Source: Candidatus Eiseniibacteriota bacterium (GTDB taxonomy: Bacteria > ARS69). Taken from it: DNA of 64,000 nt. The stretch is taken from assembly GCA_052390515.1 (NCBI GenBank), contig JBQTGV010000011.1, positions 9,576 to 73,575 on the forward strand, written 5' to 3'. The translations under genes and the position numbers were made by a program. The notes below the pieces were generated by a model. The model was not told the DNA's origin. It worked only from the letters and a program-made list of their open reading frames with translations, and made no database searches. Position 1 is the stretch's first letter. Each line of letters opens with the position of its first letter. Positions 36,984-45,196 of the stretch are shown here, in pieces.

Positions 36984-37973
36984 CTAGCCGCCGATCGCCG
37001 GCGCGGCCGATCGGCCAGGCGGCACCTGACCGTACGCGCGCCACTCGTCGATCGCCGAGGCGCGGCGAACGCAGCCGATCGTGCAGCGCGCCTCGCAGCC
37101 CTTGCGCTCGAAGAACGCCCGGCGCAGGTCGTCCCTGGTGTAGTCCATGAGACGGATCCCCGGTTCCCCGCGCCGCTGGCTGCAGTAGTTCACGAAGCCG
37201 TCCTCGTCGATGTACAGATAGCGGCTTCCGGCCCGGCACTTCCACGATGACTCACCCTCGAGCAGCATCCGCCGCTCCCACCCTTCGCCGAACTGGTGGA
37301 AGAAACTCTTGCGCAGGCCCTTGCGGATCTCCTGCCAGAACCCGGCGAGGTCCGATCCGATCAGGCCCGGATCGAGCTGGCCGTTCCCGTCGTGCAGCAT
37401 CTGCACGGTCATGTAGAAGCCCATGGACTGGATCTCGGTGACCAGCAGACGCGTCTGTTCCTTGGTGCACGAACCGAGCACCGCGTTCACGTTCGTCGGG
37501 AACTTCGCGTGCTCGGCGAGCAGCGCCAGCTTCGGTTTCAACACGGACCAGGACTTCTGCGACGTCTCGTTCGGCTCGAGGTTGTCGATCGAGATCTGCA
37601 GCAGCGTGAGCCGGGCGTCGTTGAGCAGCTCGATGCGCTTCTTCGTCAGGCAGTAGCCGTTGGTGATCGACGTGCAGATCATGCCTCGCCCGACCGCATG
37701 AGCGATGATCTCGTGCACCTTCGGATGCATCAGCGGCTCGCCGCCGGTGAGCGTGAGCACCAGCGTGCCCAAGTCGGCGAGCCGGTCGAGGCGCGCCTTC
37801 AGCTCGTCCAGGGGAACGGGCGCCGAGACGTGGTCGTACTCGTTGCAGTACCCGCAGGACAGGTTGCAGCGCCGCGTGACCACGAACTGCACGTGCGACG
37901 GCGTGACGTACGGGCGAAGGATGACGCGTGCCGCGCGGGCCAGCGCTCCGGGAAGTGGTTTGGGAACGAGCAT
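36984..37973 (-). CDS. Radical SAM enzyme with a C-terminal SPASM/twitch-like Cys cluster
   Basis: 'VTRRCNLSCGYCNE' is the CxxxCxxC radical-SAM cluster and 'LTGGEPLMHP' is the SAM-binding GGE motif. The C-terminal 'CRAGSRYLYIDEDGFVNYC...GCEARCTIGC' is an auxiliary Fe-S cluster Cys pattern. Start at internal Met 'MLVPKPL'; the 190-aa upstream extension is low complexity and rejected. Coordinates are accurate to about 1 nt. Confidence 0.8.
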   Translation of the reverse strand: MLVPKPLPGALARAARVILRPYVTPSHVQFVVTRRCNLSCGYCNEYDHVSAPVPLDELKARLDRLADLGTLVLTLTGGEPLMHPKVHEIIAHAVGRGMICTSITNGYCLTKKRIELLNDARLTLLQISIDNLEPNETSQKSWSVLKPKLALLAEHAKFPTNVNAVLGSCTKEQTRLLVTEIQSMGFYMTVQMLHDGNGQLDPGLIGSDLAGFWQEIRKGLRKSFFHQFGEGWERRMLLEGESSWKCRAGSRYLYIDEDGFVNYCSQRRGEPGIRLMDYTRDDLRRAFFERKGCEARCTIGCVRRASAIDEWRAYGQVPPGRSAAPAIGG

Positions 37974-38011
37974 CGGCGGATTGTGCTTCGGATCCGTCGA
38001 AGGGGCAAGCG

Positions 38012-39016
38012 CTACCGGAGCGAAAGTTCGAGGCGCCCGCGCGCGGCGAGCGCCTGGGTGGCGATACAGCGCCAGGAGAGAGCGGCGGAACGCGTAGCCG
38101 AGCGGCTGCGCGCGCGGGACAACGCGAGGGCCGGAACGGCCAGGCGAAGCACGTCCGCCGGAGTTCCGCACTCCGTGAGACAGTCCTCCAGAAAGCCGAG
38201 GACCAGCGTGCGAAGCGGTCCGTCGTCGAGGAAGGCGCGGCGGAATCCGCCGGCCGCGTCGTCGCCGCGGAGCTGGCCGAGGCGGACTGCGATGTCGAGC
38301 GCGAACGCGACCGGATCGATCCACGAGAACTGGTGCAGCCGCCCGTGCTCCCAGTCGACAGCGCCGAGCTCGCCCGAGTCCCCGAGGAGATTCCCGGCGC
38401 CGAGGTCCCCGTGCGAAACGGCGGCGAGGCACGTCGTCCCGGCGCGCGCTTCGATGGCGGCGATGAGCGTCTCGATGTCGCGGGTCTTCGCGCCGCCGCC
38501 CTCGCTCTCCAGCGCCGCCAGCGCGGCGCGCAGCACCGGTTCCCACATCGCGGCCTCGCCGGCCTCGAAGAGGCCCGTCGCGCGCCAGATCTGTCCGAGC
38601 CAGTCCCTCGCGTCGTCGAACAGACGGCGGGCGTCGTCGACGTCGGCGAAGGCGCGAAGTTGGTCGGCGAGCGGCTCGCCCGGGATCACGGACTGCACCG
38701 TGAAGAGCCGGTCCCCGTCGTCTTCGAGCAGGAGCGCCCGCGGGAAGCGCCGCCCGGCCAGCCGCGGCGCGGCCTCCTCGAGCTCGCGGAGGAGCCGGTG
38801 CTCCCTCTCCGCGCGGGCACGCGCGGCTCCGCTGCGCGGGAACTTGGCGATCAGCGCCGGATGCGAATCACCGGAGGGAAAGACGCGGACCAGGGCGCGG
38901 CCGGCCCGCCCCATTCCGTCGTCGCAGAGGTGGAAGGAGAGATCTCGCGGCGCCGCTCCGGGGATTCCGAGCTCCCGCCAGCGGCCGAGAACGGCGCCAC
39001 GCAAGCGGTCGATCAT
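38012..39016 (-). CDS. Phosphotransferase-enzyme-family (APH/choline-kinase-like) small-molecule kinase
   Basis: 'VSHGDLGAGNLL' is the Brenner HxDxxxxN catalytic motif and 'VDWEH' is a DxE/D-like motif. Start chosen at 'MIDRLRGAV', giving an ATGA overlap with the upstream methyltransferase. Confidence 0.65.
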   Translation of the reverse strand: MIDRLRGAVLGRWRELGIPGAAPRDLSFHLCDDGMGRAGRALVRVFPSGDSHPALIAKFPRSGAARARAEREHRLLRELEEAAPRLAGRRFPRALLLEDDGDRLFTVQSVIPGEPLADQLRAFADVDDARRLFDDARDWLGQIWRATGLFEAGEAAMWEPVLRAALAALESEGGGAKTRDIETLIAAIEARAGTTCLAAVSHGDLGAGNLLGDSGELGAVDWEHGRLHQFSWIDPVAFALDIAVRLGQLRGDDAAGGFRRAFLDDGPLRTLVLGFLEDCLTECGTPADVLRLAVPALALSRARSRSATRSAALSWRCIATQALAARGRLELSLR

Positions 39017-39876
39017 GCGCCCTTCCCCGAGCGCGCGACGACCGCGAAGTGAGGCACGAGCCGCGCGGCGATTCCACCGCGCAAGCGGTGTCCGAGACGC
39101 GAGCGTTTCGCCAGCCACCAGTCCAGCGCCTCCGGGCCGTCGAGCGGCAGCAGCTCACGCGGCTGATGCGCATCCGGAAACGCGGCGTGGAAGCGGAGCG
39201 CCTCGAATCCGGCCGTGCGGAAGATCTTCGCCCATCCGTCGAGTCCATGAGGGGCGTGACGCGGGGCGGCGTGCTCCCGGCGGCCGGGGAAGAGCGCGCC
39301 GAACCGGTTCGCGACCGGGGCGAAGAGCGCGCCCCCGGGCAGGAGCTTCCGGCGGATGCGGCGGAGCCGCGCGATCTGCTCGCCGTTCGTGCCGCCGAGG
39401 AGGTCTCCGCCGAGCACCGCAAGGTCGAACTTCCCGTCGCGGAAGGGGATCGCTTCGGCGCGGGAGACGACCGCCACGATGTTCGCGCCGCCGATCGACC
39501 GCGCCCGCTGGAGACTGCGCTCCACCACCCCGACCTGCTCGGCTTCGCCGGCGATGACGCGCGTCACGCCTCCCGCGACCGACCCGATGACCAGGACGCG
39601 CACTGCATCGGCGGGAAGCAGGAAGCGCCAATCCGCGTGCGCGTCGTCGTCCTCTTCGGCTGCGTCTCCGCCGGCGGCGTTTGCTGCGGCGTCGGCCGCT
39701 GCTGCGGGCGGTTCCTCCGACGGCACGGCGAAGAGGGGCACTCCGTCCCGGCACTCCCACTCGTCGCCGCAACGCAGGCAAGCGATGCCGGCCTCGTCAC
39801 GGTGGAGCAGGGTGCCGTCGTCGGGGCAGACGAGGTCGGTGGCGCGAGGCAGGGCGGCGAGCTCGGCGAGGGCCAT
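39013..39876 (-). CDS. Methyltransferase with an N-terminal Trm112-like zinc ribbon
   Basis: 'LVCPDDGTLLHRDEAGIACLRCGDEWECRDGVPLF' is a Trm112/DUF343 ribbon. It is followed by an acidic linker and an MT-like core 'VRVLVIGSVAGG'. A GGAGG Shine-Dalgarno sequence lies upstream of the ATG at 39876. Confidence 0.6.
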   Translation of the reverse strand: MALAELAALPRATDLVCPDDGTLLHRDEAGIACLRCGDEWECRDGVPLFAVPSEEPPAAAADAAANAAGGDAAEEDDDAHADWRFLLPADAVRVLVIGSVAGGVTRVIAGEAEQVGVVERSLQRARSIGGANIVAVVSRAEAIPFRDGKFDLAVLGGDLLGGTNGEQIARLRRIRRKLLPGGALFAPVANRFGALFPGRREHAAPRHAPHGLDGWAKIFRTAGFEALRFHAAFPDAHQPRELLPLDGPEALDWWLAKRSRLGHRLRGGIAARLVPHFAVVARSGKGA

Positions 39877-39972
39877 GATTCCTCCGGGTCGACGCTCTTG
39901 CTTCGGCAAACGGGGCGGGCGACTTTCGTCAGGACTTGCGGGGTTTCAGCGGGATCGGCAAGCCCTGGCGGC

Positions 39973-42867
39973 TCAAGGAGTTGAGGCGACCTTCCGCCGC
40001 ACCCGGGCCAGGTCCTCGGCGGCCTGTCGCAGGATCTGGGAATCCGGGTGCCGCGCCCGGCCGGCCGCGAAGATCGAGTCCGCGCGGTCGTGCTCGGAGA
40101 GCTTCACGAGGACGTCGCCGAGCGCGAGGAATCCGTCGTGGCACGACGGATCGAGGCGAAGCGACTCGAGCGCGTCCTCGTGTGCGGGCTCGAGGTCCCG
40201 CGCCCGCGTCCGCACGCGCGCGCGCAACGCGTGGAATTCGGCGCGGCGCGGTTCGCGACGGAGCGCCTCGGAGATCGCGACCTCCGCGGCCTCGAGATCG
40301 CCGGCCTCGAGGTACAGCCGCGCGACGTTCGCCGGCGGATCGCCGTACTCGGGATCCACTTCGGCCGCGCGCCGGTACAGCGCGAGGGCCTCGGCCACGC
40401 CGCCGTGCCGCGCGCGTGCTTCTCCCCTCCCGTTGAGCGCCTGGGAGAGCACGTCGGCGACGGCGGGGTCTCCGCTTCGGAGCCGCCACGCTTCCTCGGC
40501 GGCGGCGAGGCCCGCCTCGCCCTCGCCCGCGCGGAAGGCCAGGCGCGCCTGCGACTCGAGCTCCCGCACGCGCCGTGCCGCCGGAAGCTGCGCAAGCAGA
40601 CCCTCCGGCGCGGCCGCCACGAGCTGCTCGACCCCTCCGGCCGCCGCGTGCAGCCCCGTGTACAGCTCGGGAAGCGTGTCGCGGTAAAGCAGCTTCGGCG
40701 CCTGGAACTCGAGCAGCAGGTTGTCGTCGGTGTTCGCCGCGGCTCCGCCGACGTAACGGTCCAGCGCCTCTCCGGCGAGCAAGCATCGGGATGCGAACGT
40801 CACGAGATCCGGCGTGCCGCTCTCTCGAAGCAGTCGGCGGATGTCCTCGTGCTGCGCAGCTTTCGCCAGGACGCGCTGTGCATCGATGGAGAGAGTCTCG
40901 TCGCCGGCCAGGATGACGAGGTCGCCCCAGCCGGCGCTCCACAGCGTCACCCGGGCGAAGTGCAGGCGGGCGGCGGCGAGCACGCCGCGGAGCGCCTCCG
41001 GGGAGAGTGAGTAACCTTGGAGCCAGGACGCGAAGAGCCCGCCCGGCGAAAGGCCCTCACGACACGCGGCGAAGAACTCCGCGGTGAGCAGCGACGACGC
41101 TCCCGAGACCCATACGTTCGACGGATGCGAGATCACCGCGTCGAAGGTCCGGCCGGACAGCGCGAGGTGGTTGCGTCCGTCTCCCACCACGATGCGCGCG
41201 CGCGGATCGTGCAGCAAGCCGCGATTCGACTCCTCGAACCACGCGGCACCACGCACGACCGACTCGGAGATCTCCACGCACTCCAGCGTCTCCACGCCGG
41301 GATGGCCGCCCGCGGCGGCCGCGGTGATGCCGCTGCCCAGCCCGATGACGAGGATGTCGCGGGGGGCGGGATGCAGGATGACCGGCAGCGCGCCGAGGAA
41401 CACCTGCGTGGCGTAGTCGCCGGTGTTGCTGGCCTCGGTCACGCCGTTCATCTGCATGGTGAGCTCGTGGCCGGAGCGGCGCACCGAGACCGTCGTGGTG
41501 ACGCCCTCCTCGAAGAAGACGAGCTCGGCGCGGTCCGGAGACAGCTCGTCGACGGCGAGACGGCGCATCTCCGACGCCACGGCGAAGCCGCCGCGAGTGA
41601 GCGCGGCCGGGTTCCATTCGGGCAGGAGGAGCGCGCCGGCCGCAGCCGCCGCGGCGATCCCGAGCGCGAAACGCGGCGCACCCCGTCGAACGAGCAGCAG
41701 CACGCTCGTGGCGGCAAGCAGCAGCGAGACGCAGACGATTCCGCCGCGCAGGCCGAGGAGACGGATGAGCACGAATCCGGCGCCCCAGGAACCGAGGATG
41801 GCGCCGAGGGTGTTGGCCGCGTAGAGGTCGCCGACGGTGCGCCCCGTACCCCGGGTTGCACGGTCGATGCCGATGGCGAGAGGAAGCGCCGCGCCGGACA
41901 CCAGCGTCGGCAGCAGCATGGGCAGCGCGGCGATGGCGAAGTTCACGGCGAGCCCGTCGAGCCAGGTGCCACCCGCGCGCGCCGCGAGGCGAAGGAAGAG
42001 CGCCGGCAGCCGGTCGAAGAGCGGCACCGCGGCGAGCGCCAGCAACCCGACCGCGGCGGGAGCCAGCACGAAGAGCCGTGCGGCCGAGGCCGGGCGGCGC
42101 AGGATGCGGGCGGCGAGCGCGCTGCCCCCGGCGATGCCGGCGAGGAAGGTGCTCAGCACGACGGCGAACGCGTACACGGTGGCGCCCAGCGCGAGCGACA
42201 GCGTCCGGGTCCAGAGGACCTCGAGCGCGAGCGCGGCGAAGCCGAGCACGCCGGCGGTCGCGAGGAGAGCGGGGCGCGGTACGTCGGGTCCCGGAGCGTG
42301 CACGGCGGCACCGTCCTCGTCCGGGACGGGACGCGCGGCACGGGAGAGCAGTACCGCGACGAGGCCGACGCCGAGGTTGACGCCCATGGCGAGCCGCAGC
42401 GTCCCGGAGAGGCCGAACGCCGGGAGGAGGGCGAAGCTCGCCGCGACGGTTCCGCACACGGCCCCGAGCGTGTTCGCCGCGTAGAGATGCGCGACGCGCC
42501 GCCGGCCGGTGGACGGTCCCACGTGACTGGCCAGCAGCGGGAGCGTCGCGCCGAGGAGGAACGTGGGCGGCAGCAGCACGAGGACGCCCACGGCGAAACG
42601 CACGCCGGACAGCGCCCAGAACGAGTCGGCGAGCTTCGGGTAGAGCGCGGCGTAGAGCGACTGCGCGCTGCCGAGGAGCGCGGGGACGCACGCGGCGAGG
42701 GCGGCCAGCACGATCTCGGCGATGCCGTAGGCGAGGAGCGGGTTTCGGACGCGGTGCACGACCCGTCCCGCCGCGAACCCTCCCAGGGCGAGGCCGCCCA
42801 TGAAAGCCGAGAGGACCGTGGACACGGCGAGCACGGTCGCGCCGAGCTCGTGCACGAACCAGCGCAC
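39973..42867 (-). CDS. Fused MFS-like polytopic membrane domain, spermidine-synthase-like aminopropyltransferase domain, and C-terminal TPR
   Basis: 964 aa. The N-terminal ~430 aa has about 12 TM helices (MFS-like). The centre 'ILVIGLGSGITAAAA...VETLECVEISESVV...ARIVVGDGRNHL...FDAVISH' is a SpeE-type SAM fold. The C-terminal 'EALALYRRAAEVDPEYGDPPANVARLYLEAGDLEAA' is TPR. Confidence 0.8.
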   Translation of the reverse strand: MRWFVHELGATVLAVSTVLSAFMGGLALGGFAAGRVVHRVRNPLLAYGIAEIVLAALAACVPALLGSAQSLYAALYPKLADSFWALSGVRFAVGVLVLLPPTFLLGATLPLLASHVGPSTGRRRVAHLYAANTLGAVCGTVAASFALLPAFGLSGTLRLAMGVNLGVGLVAVLLSRAARPVPDEDGAAVHAPGPDVPRPALLATAGVLGFAALALEVLWTRTLSLALGATVYAFAVVLSTFLAGIAGGSALAARILRRPASAARLFVLAPAAVGLLALAAVPLFDRLPALFLRLAARAGGTWLDGLAVNFAIAALPMLLPTLVSGAALPLAIGIDRATRGTGRTVGDLYAANTLGAILGSWGAGFVLIRLLGLRGGIVCVSLLLAATSVLLLVRRGAPRFALGIAAAAAAGALLLPEWNPAALTRGGFAVASEMRRLAVDELSPDRAELVFFEEGVTTTVSVRRSGHELTMQMNGVTEASNTGDYATQVFLGALPVILHPAPRDILVIGLGSGITAAAAGGHPGVETLECVEISESVVRGAAWFEESNRGLLHDPRARIVVGDGRNHLALSGRTFDAVISHPSNVWVSGASSLLTAEFFAACREGLSPGGLFASWLQGYSLSPEALRGVLAAARLHFARVTLWSAGWGDLVILAGDETLSIDAQRVLAKAAQHEDIRRLLRESGTPDLVTFASRCLLAGEALDRYVGGAAANTDDNLLLEFQAPKLLYRDTLPELYTGLHAAAGGVEQLVAAAPEGLLAQLPAARRVRELESQARLAFRAGEGEAGLAAAEEAWRLRSGDPAVADVLSQALNGRGEARARHGGVAEALALYRRAAEVDPEYGDPPANVARLYLEAGDLEAAEVAISEALRREPRRAEFHALRARVRTRARDLEPAHEDALESLRLDPSCHDGFLALGDVLVKLSEHDRADSIFAAGRARHPDSQILRQAAEDLARVRRKVASTP

Positions 42868-43003
42868 CCAGACGACCTGGTAGACGAGGCCGGTGGCGCC
42901 GGAGAGGAAGAACAGCAGCAGGATGACGGCCAGCGGACCACCCCCGGCGAACGGACCGGGGGATTATGCGGCTTGCCGCGTGGGGATCAACAGGTCCGGA
43001 CCG

Positions 43004-44422
43004 TCAGGGGCCTCGAAACGTGACCTCGGCGCTTCGCCGTTCCCCGGAAGCGGAGTCGGCGACCGTGATCGTCAGCGGGAACGTGCCCGCGTAGCTGCCG
43101 CGGGGCAGCCGCGCGATCATTGAAGTCGTGACGTCGGCGAGGCTCTCCACCGCGAGCCGCGGCGTGGCCAGTACCAGCTCCGGGCGCGCGTCCCCCGTGC
43201 TCTCGGCTTCGACGAAGTAGACCGCGGAGCTTTCGCCCTTGTTCTGGATGCGGAAGTTGTAGACGTTGCGGATCTCGTCCTCTTCGAGCACGTAGGGCAT
43301 GCCGCGAACCCGGAGGACGTGCACCTCGAACGAGCTGCGCTTCGCCAGCGTGAACCCGAACGCGGCCAGCCCGGCGAGCGCGGCCGCGACATAGGCGATC
43401 GTCCGCGGCCGGATCAGCTTGCGTCGGCCCTCGGAATCGAAGCCGCCTTTCGAGTCGTAACGGATGAGTCCTTTGGGCAATCCCACCTTGTCCATGATCT
43501 CGTCGCAGGCGTCGACGCAGTTCGCGCAGCCGACGCACTCCATCTGCAGGCCGTTGCGGATGTCGATCCCGGTGGGGCACACCGCCACGCAGCGGAAGCA
43601 GTCGATGCAGTCGCCGCCCTCCTCGGCCCTGCGCGAGCGCGGTTCTCCGCGGCCGGAGTCGTACCCGATGATCATCGTGTCGGCGTCGACCAGCGCGGAC
43701 TGCGCGCGGCCGTAGGGGCAGACGATCAGGCAGACCTGCTCGCGGAACCACGCGTAGTCGAAGTACAGGATTGCAGTCCAGATGACGACCCAGAGGAACG
43801 TGGTCCAGTGCTCCGCCGGGCTGCCGCCGAGCCACGCCAGCAGTTCCTTCGGCGGAACGAAGTACGCGACGAAGATGTGCGCGTTGGCGAACGCGAGCGC
43901 CACGAAGACGGCGTGCTTGACCCCCTTCCGCCAGCTCTTGTCCCAGGTCCAGGGTCCCAGGTTGCGCTTGATCCTCGTGTCCCGCGGCCCCTCGATCCGT
44001 CGTTCGATCTTCCGGTACACGCCCTCCAGGAAGACGGTCTGAGGGCACGCGTAGCCGCACCAGATTCGCCCCCAGAGGCTGGTGACGACGAACAGCGCGA
44101 AGCCCAGGCCCGACACGAGGAAGAACAGCAGGTGGAAGTCGTTGTTCGTGAAGGTGTGGCCGGCGAGGTAGGCCGCACGTCCGGGAAGGTCGATGCTCAC
44201 GAGCGGGTGACCGCCGACCTGGATCCAGGGAACGACGGCGTAGATGACGAGCAGCGCGGCGAAGACCAGGTTCTTGCGGCGCTGGAACCGGCCGCGTACG
44301 TCCGCGGGATGGAGGAAGTTCCTGCTTCCGTCCGGGTTGATCGTGTAGACCGTGTCGAGGTCGGGCAGACGCCGCTCGAGCTTGCGGGGCCTGGAGTGCC
44401 GTGGCGGCGACGTCGTACTCAT
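43004..44422 (-). CDS. ccoG: cbb3 oxidase accessory ferredoxin CcoG/FixG
   Basis: 'CGYACPQ', 'CLIVCPYGR', 'CIDCFRCVAVCPTGIDIRNG...CVGCANCVDAC' are multiple 4Fe-4S Cys motifs. Five TM helices. Start at an internal Met overlapping the ccoP stop (ATGA). The upstream 172-aa extension lies in ccoP's alternate frame and is rejected. Confidence 0.85.
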   Translation of the reverse strand: MSTTSPPRHSRPRKLERRLPDLDTVYTINPDGSRNFLHPADVRGRFQRRKNLVFAALLVIYAVVPWIQVGGHPLVSIDLPGRAAYLAGHTFTNNDFHLLFFLVSGLGFALFVVTSLWGRIWCGYACPQTVFLEGVYRKIERRIEGPRDTRIKRNLGPWTWDKSWRKGVKHAVFVALAFANAHIFVAYFVPPKELLAWLGGSPAEHWTTFLWVVIWTAILYFDYAWFREQVCLIVCPYGRAQSALVDADTMIIGYDSGRGEPRSRRAEEGGDCIDCFRCVAVCPTGIDIRNGLQMECVGCANCVDACDEIMDKVGLPKGLIRYDSKGGFDSEGRRKLIRPRTIAYVAAALAGLAAFGFTLAKRSSFEVHVLRVRGMPYVLEEDEIRNVYNFRIQNKGESSAVYFVEAESTGDARPELVLATPRLAVESLADVTTSMIARLPRGSYAGTFPLTITVADSASGERRSAEVTFRGP

Positions 44423-45012
44423 CCGGTTCCTTGCTGCGTCCATCCCGGCGCTGCGTTCCCCGCGGCGTCCATTCCCTGCGGTGCTTTCCCGGAGAGGTTC
44501 TTGTCGCGGAGCGTCAGCAGGTACGCGACGACGTCCTGGATGCGCTGCGGCCCGAGCTGGTTCATCCACGCCACCATTCCCTTGTCGGGCACGCCGTTCG
44601 TCACGGTTCGATGGATCTGCAGCGGTGAGCCGCCGTGGATCCAGTACTCGTCCGTCAGATTCGGACCGATGTCGCCGGAGGCGTCGGGCCGGTGGCAGGT
44701 CGCGCAGATCTGGCCGAACACGGCGCCACCTGCGGCGACCCTCTCCGGCACCTGCGACACGAGCAGCAGCGTCTCGTCGGAAAGCTCCTGCCCGGACATC
44801 CTGGCGAGCTGGAGCTCGGCGGCGGCTGCCATCTCCGCGGCGTACGCGTCCCGGGGGAGGTGGCCCAGGCGCCAGGTGTGGAAGAACAGCCAGTACCCGA
44901 CGGCGAAGACGATCGCGCCGTACAGCGTCCACAGCCACCAGTTGGGGAGACGGTTGTCGAACTCGTGGATCCCGTCGTACTCGTGCTCGCGGAGCTTGTC
45001 CTGATCCGCCAT
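44419..45012 (-). CDS. ccoP: cbb3 oxidase subunit III CcoP, monoheme variant
   Basis: 'EYDGIHEFDNRLPNWWLWT' is the CcoP/FixP N-terminal signature plus TM. There is a single 'CATCH' heme motif (typical CcoP is diheme). Confidence 0.8.
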   Translation of the reverse strand: MADQDKLREHEYDGIHEFDNRLPNWWLWTLYGAIVFAVGYWLFFHTWRLGHLPRDAYAAEMAAAAELQLARMSGQELSDETLLLVSQVPERVAAGGAVFGQICATCHRPDASGDIGPNLTDEYWIHGGSPLQIHRTVTNGVPDKGMVAWMNQLGPQRIQDVVAYLLTLRDKNLSGKAPQGMDAAGNAAPGWTQQGTG

Positions 45013-45013
45013 G

Positions 45014-45196
45014 TCAGACCTCCTCCCGCCCGTCCGCTTCGAGAGGCAGACGCGCCACGTGGTCCATACGCTCGTGCCGGCGGAGACCTCGGATCTCGCG
45101 GACCAGCACCACGGTGAACGCGACGAGGAAGATCGCGAGCGCGACGAGCGGCCACGCCAGCAGATCGCTCTTCGCGAACCAGCTCTCGAACATCAT
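45014..45196 (-). CDS. ccoQ: cbb3 oxidase small subunit CcoQ/FixQ-like (60 aa)
   Basis: 'MMFESWFAKSDLLAWPLVALAIFLVAFTVVLV' is a single-TM peptide in CcoQ position. The ATGA overlap with the ccoNO stop. Confidence 0.6.
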   Translation of the reverse strand: MMFESWFAKSDLLAWPLVALAIFLVAFTVVLVREIRGLRRHERMDHVARLPLEADGREEV

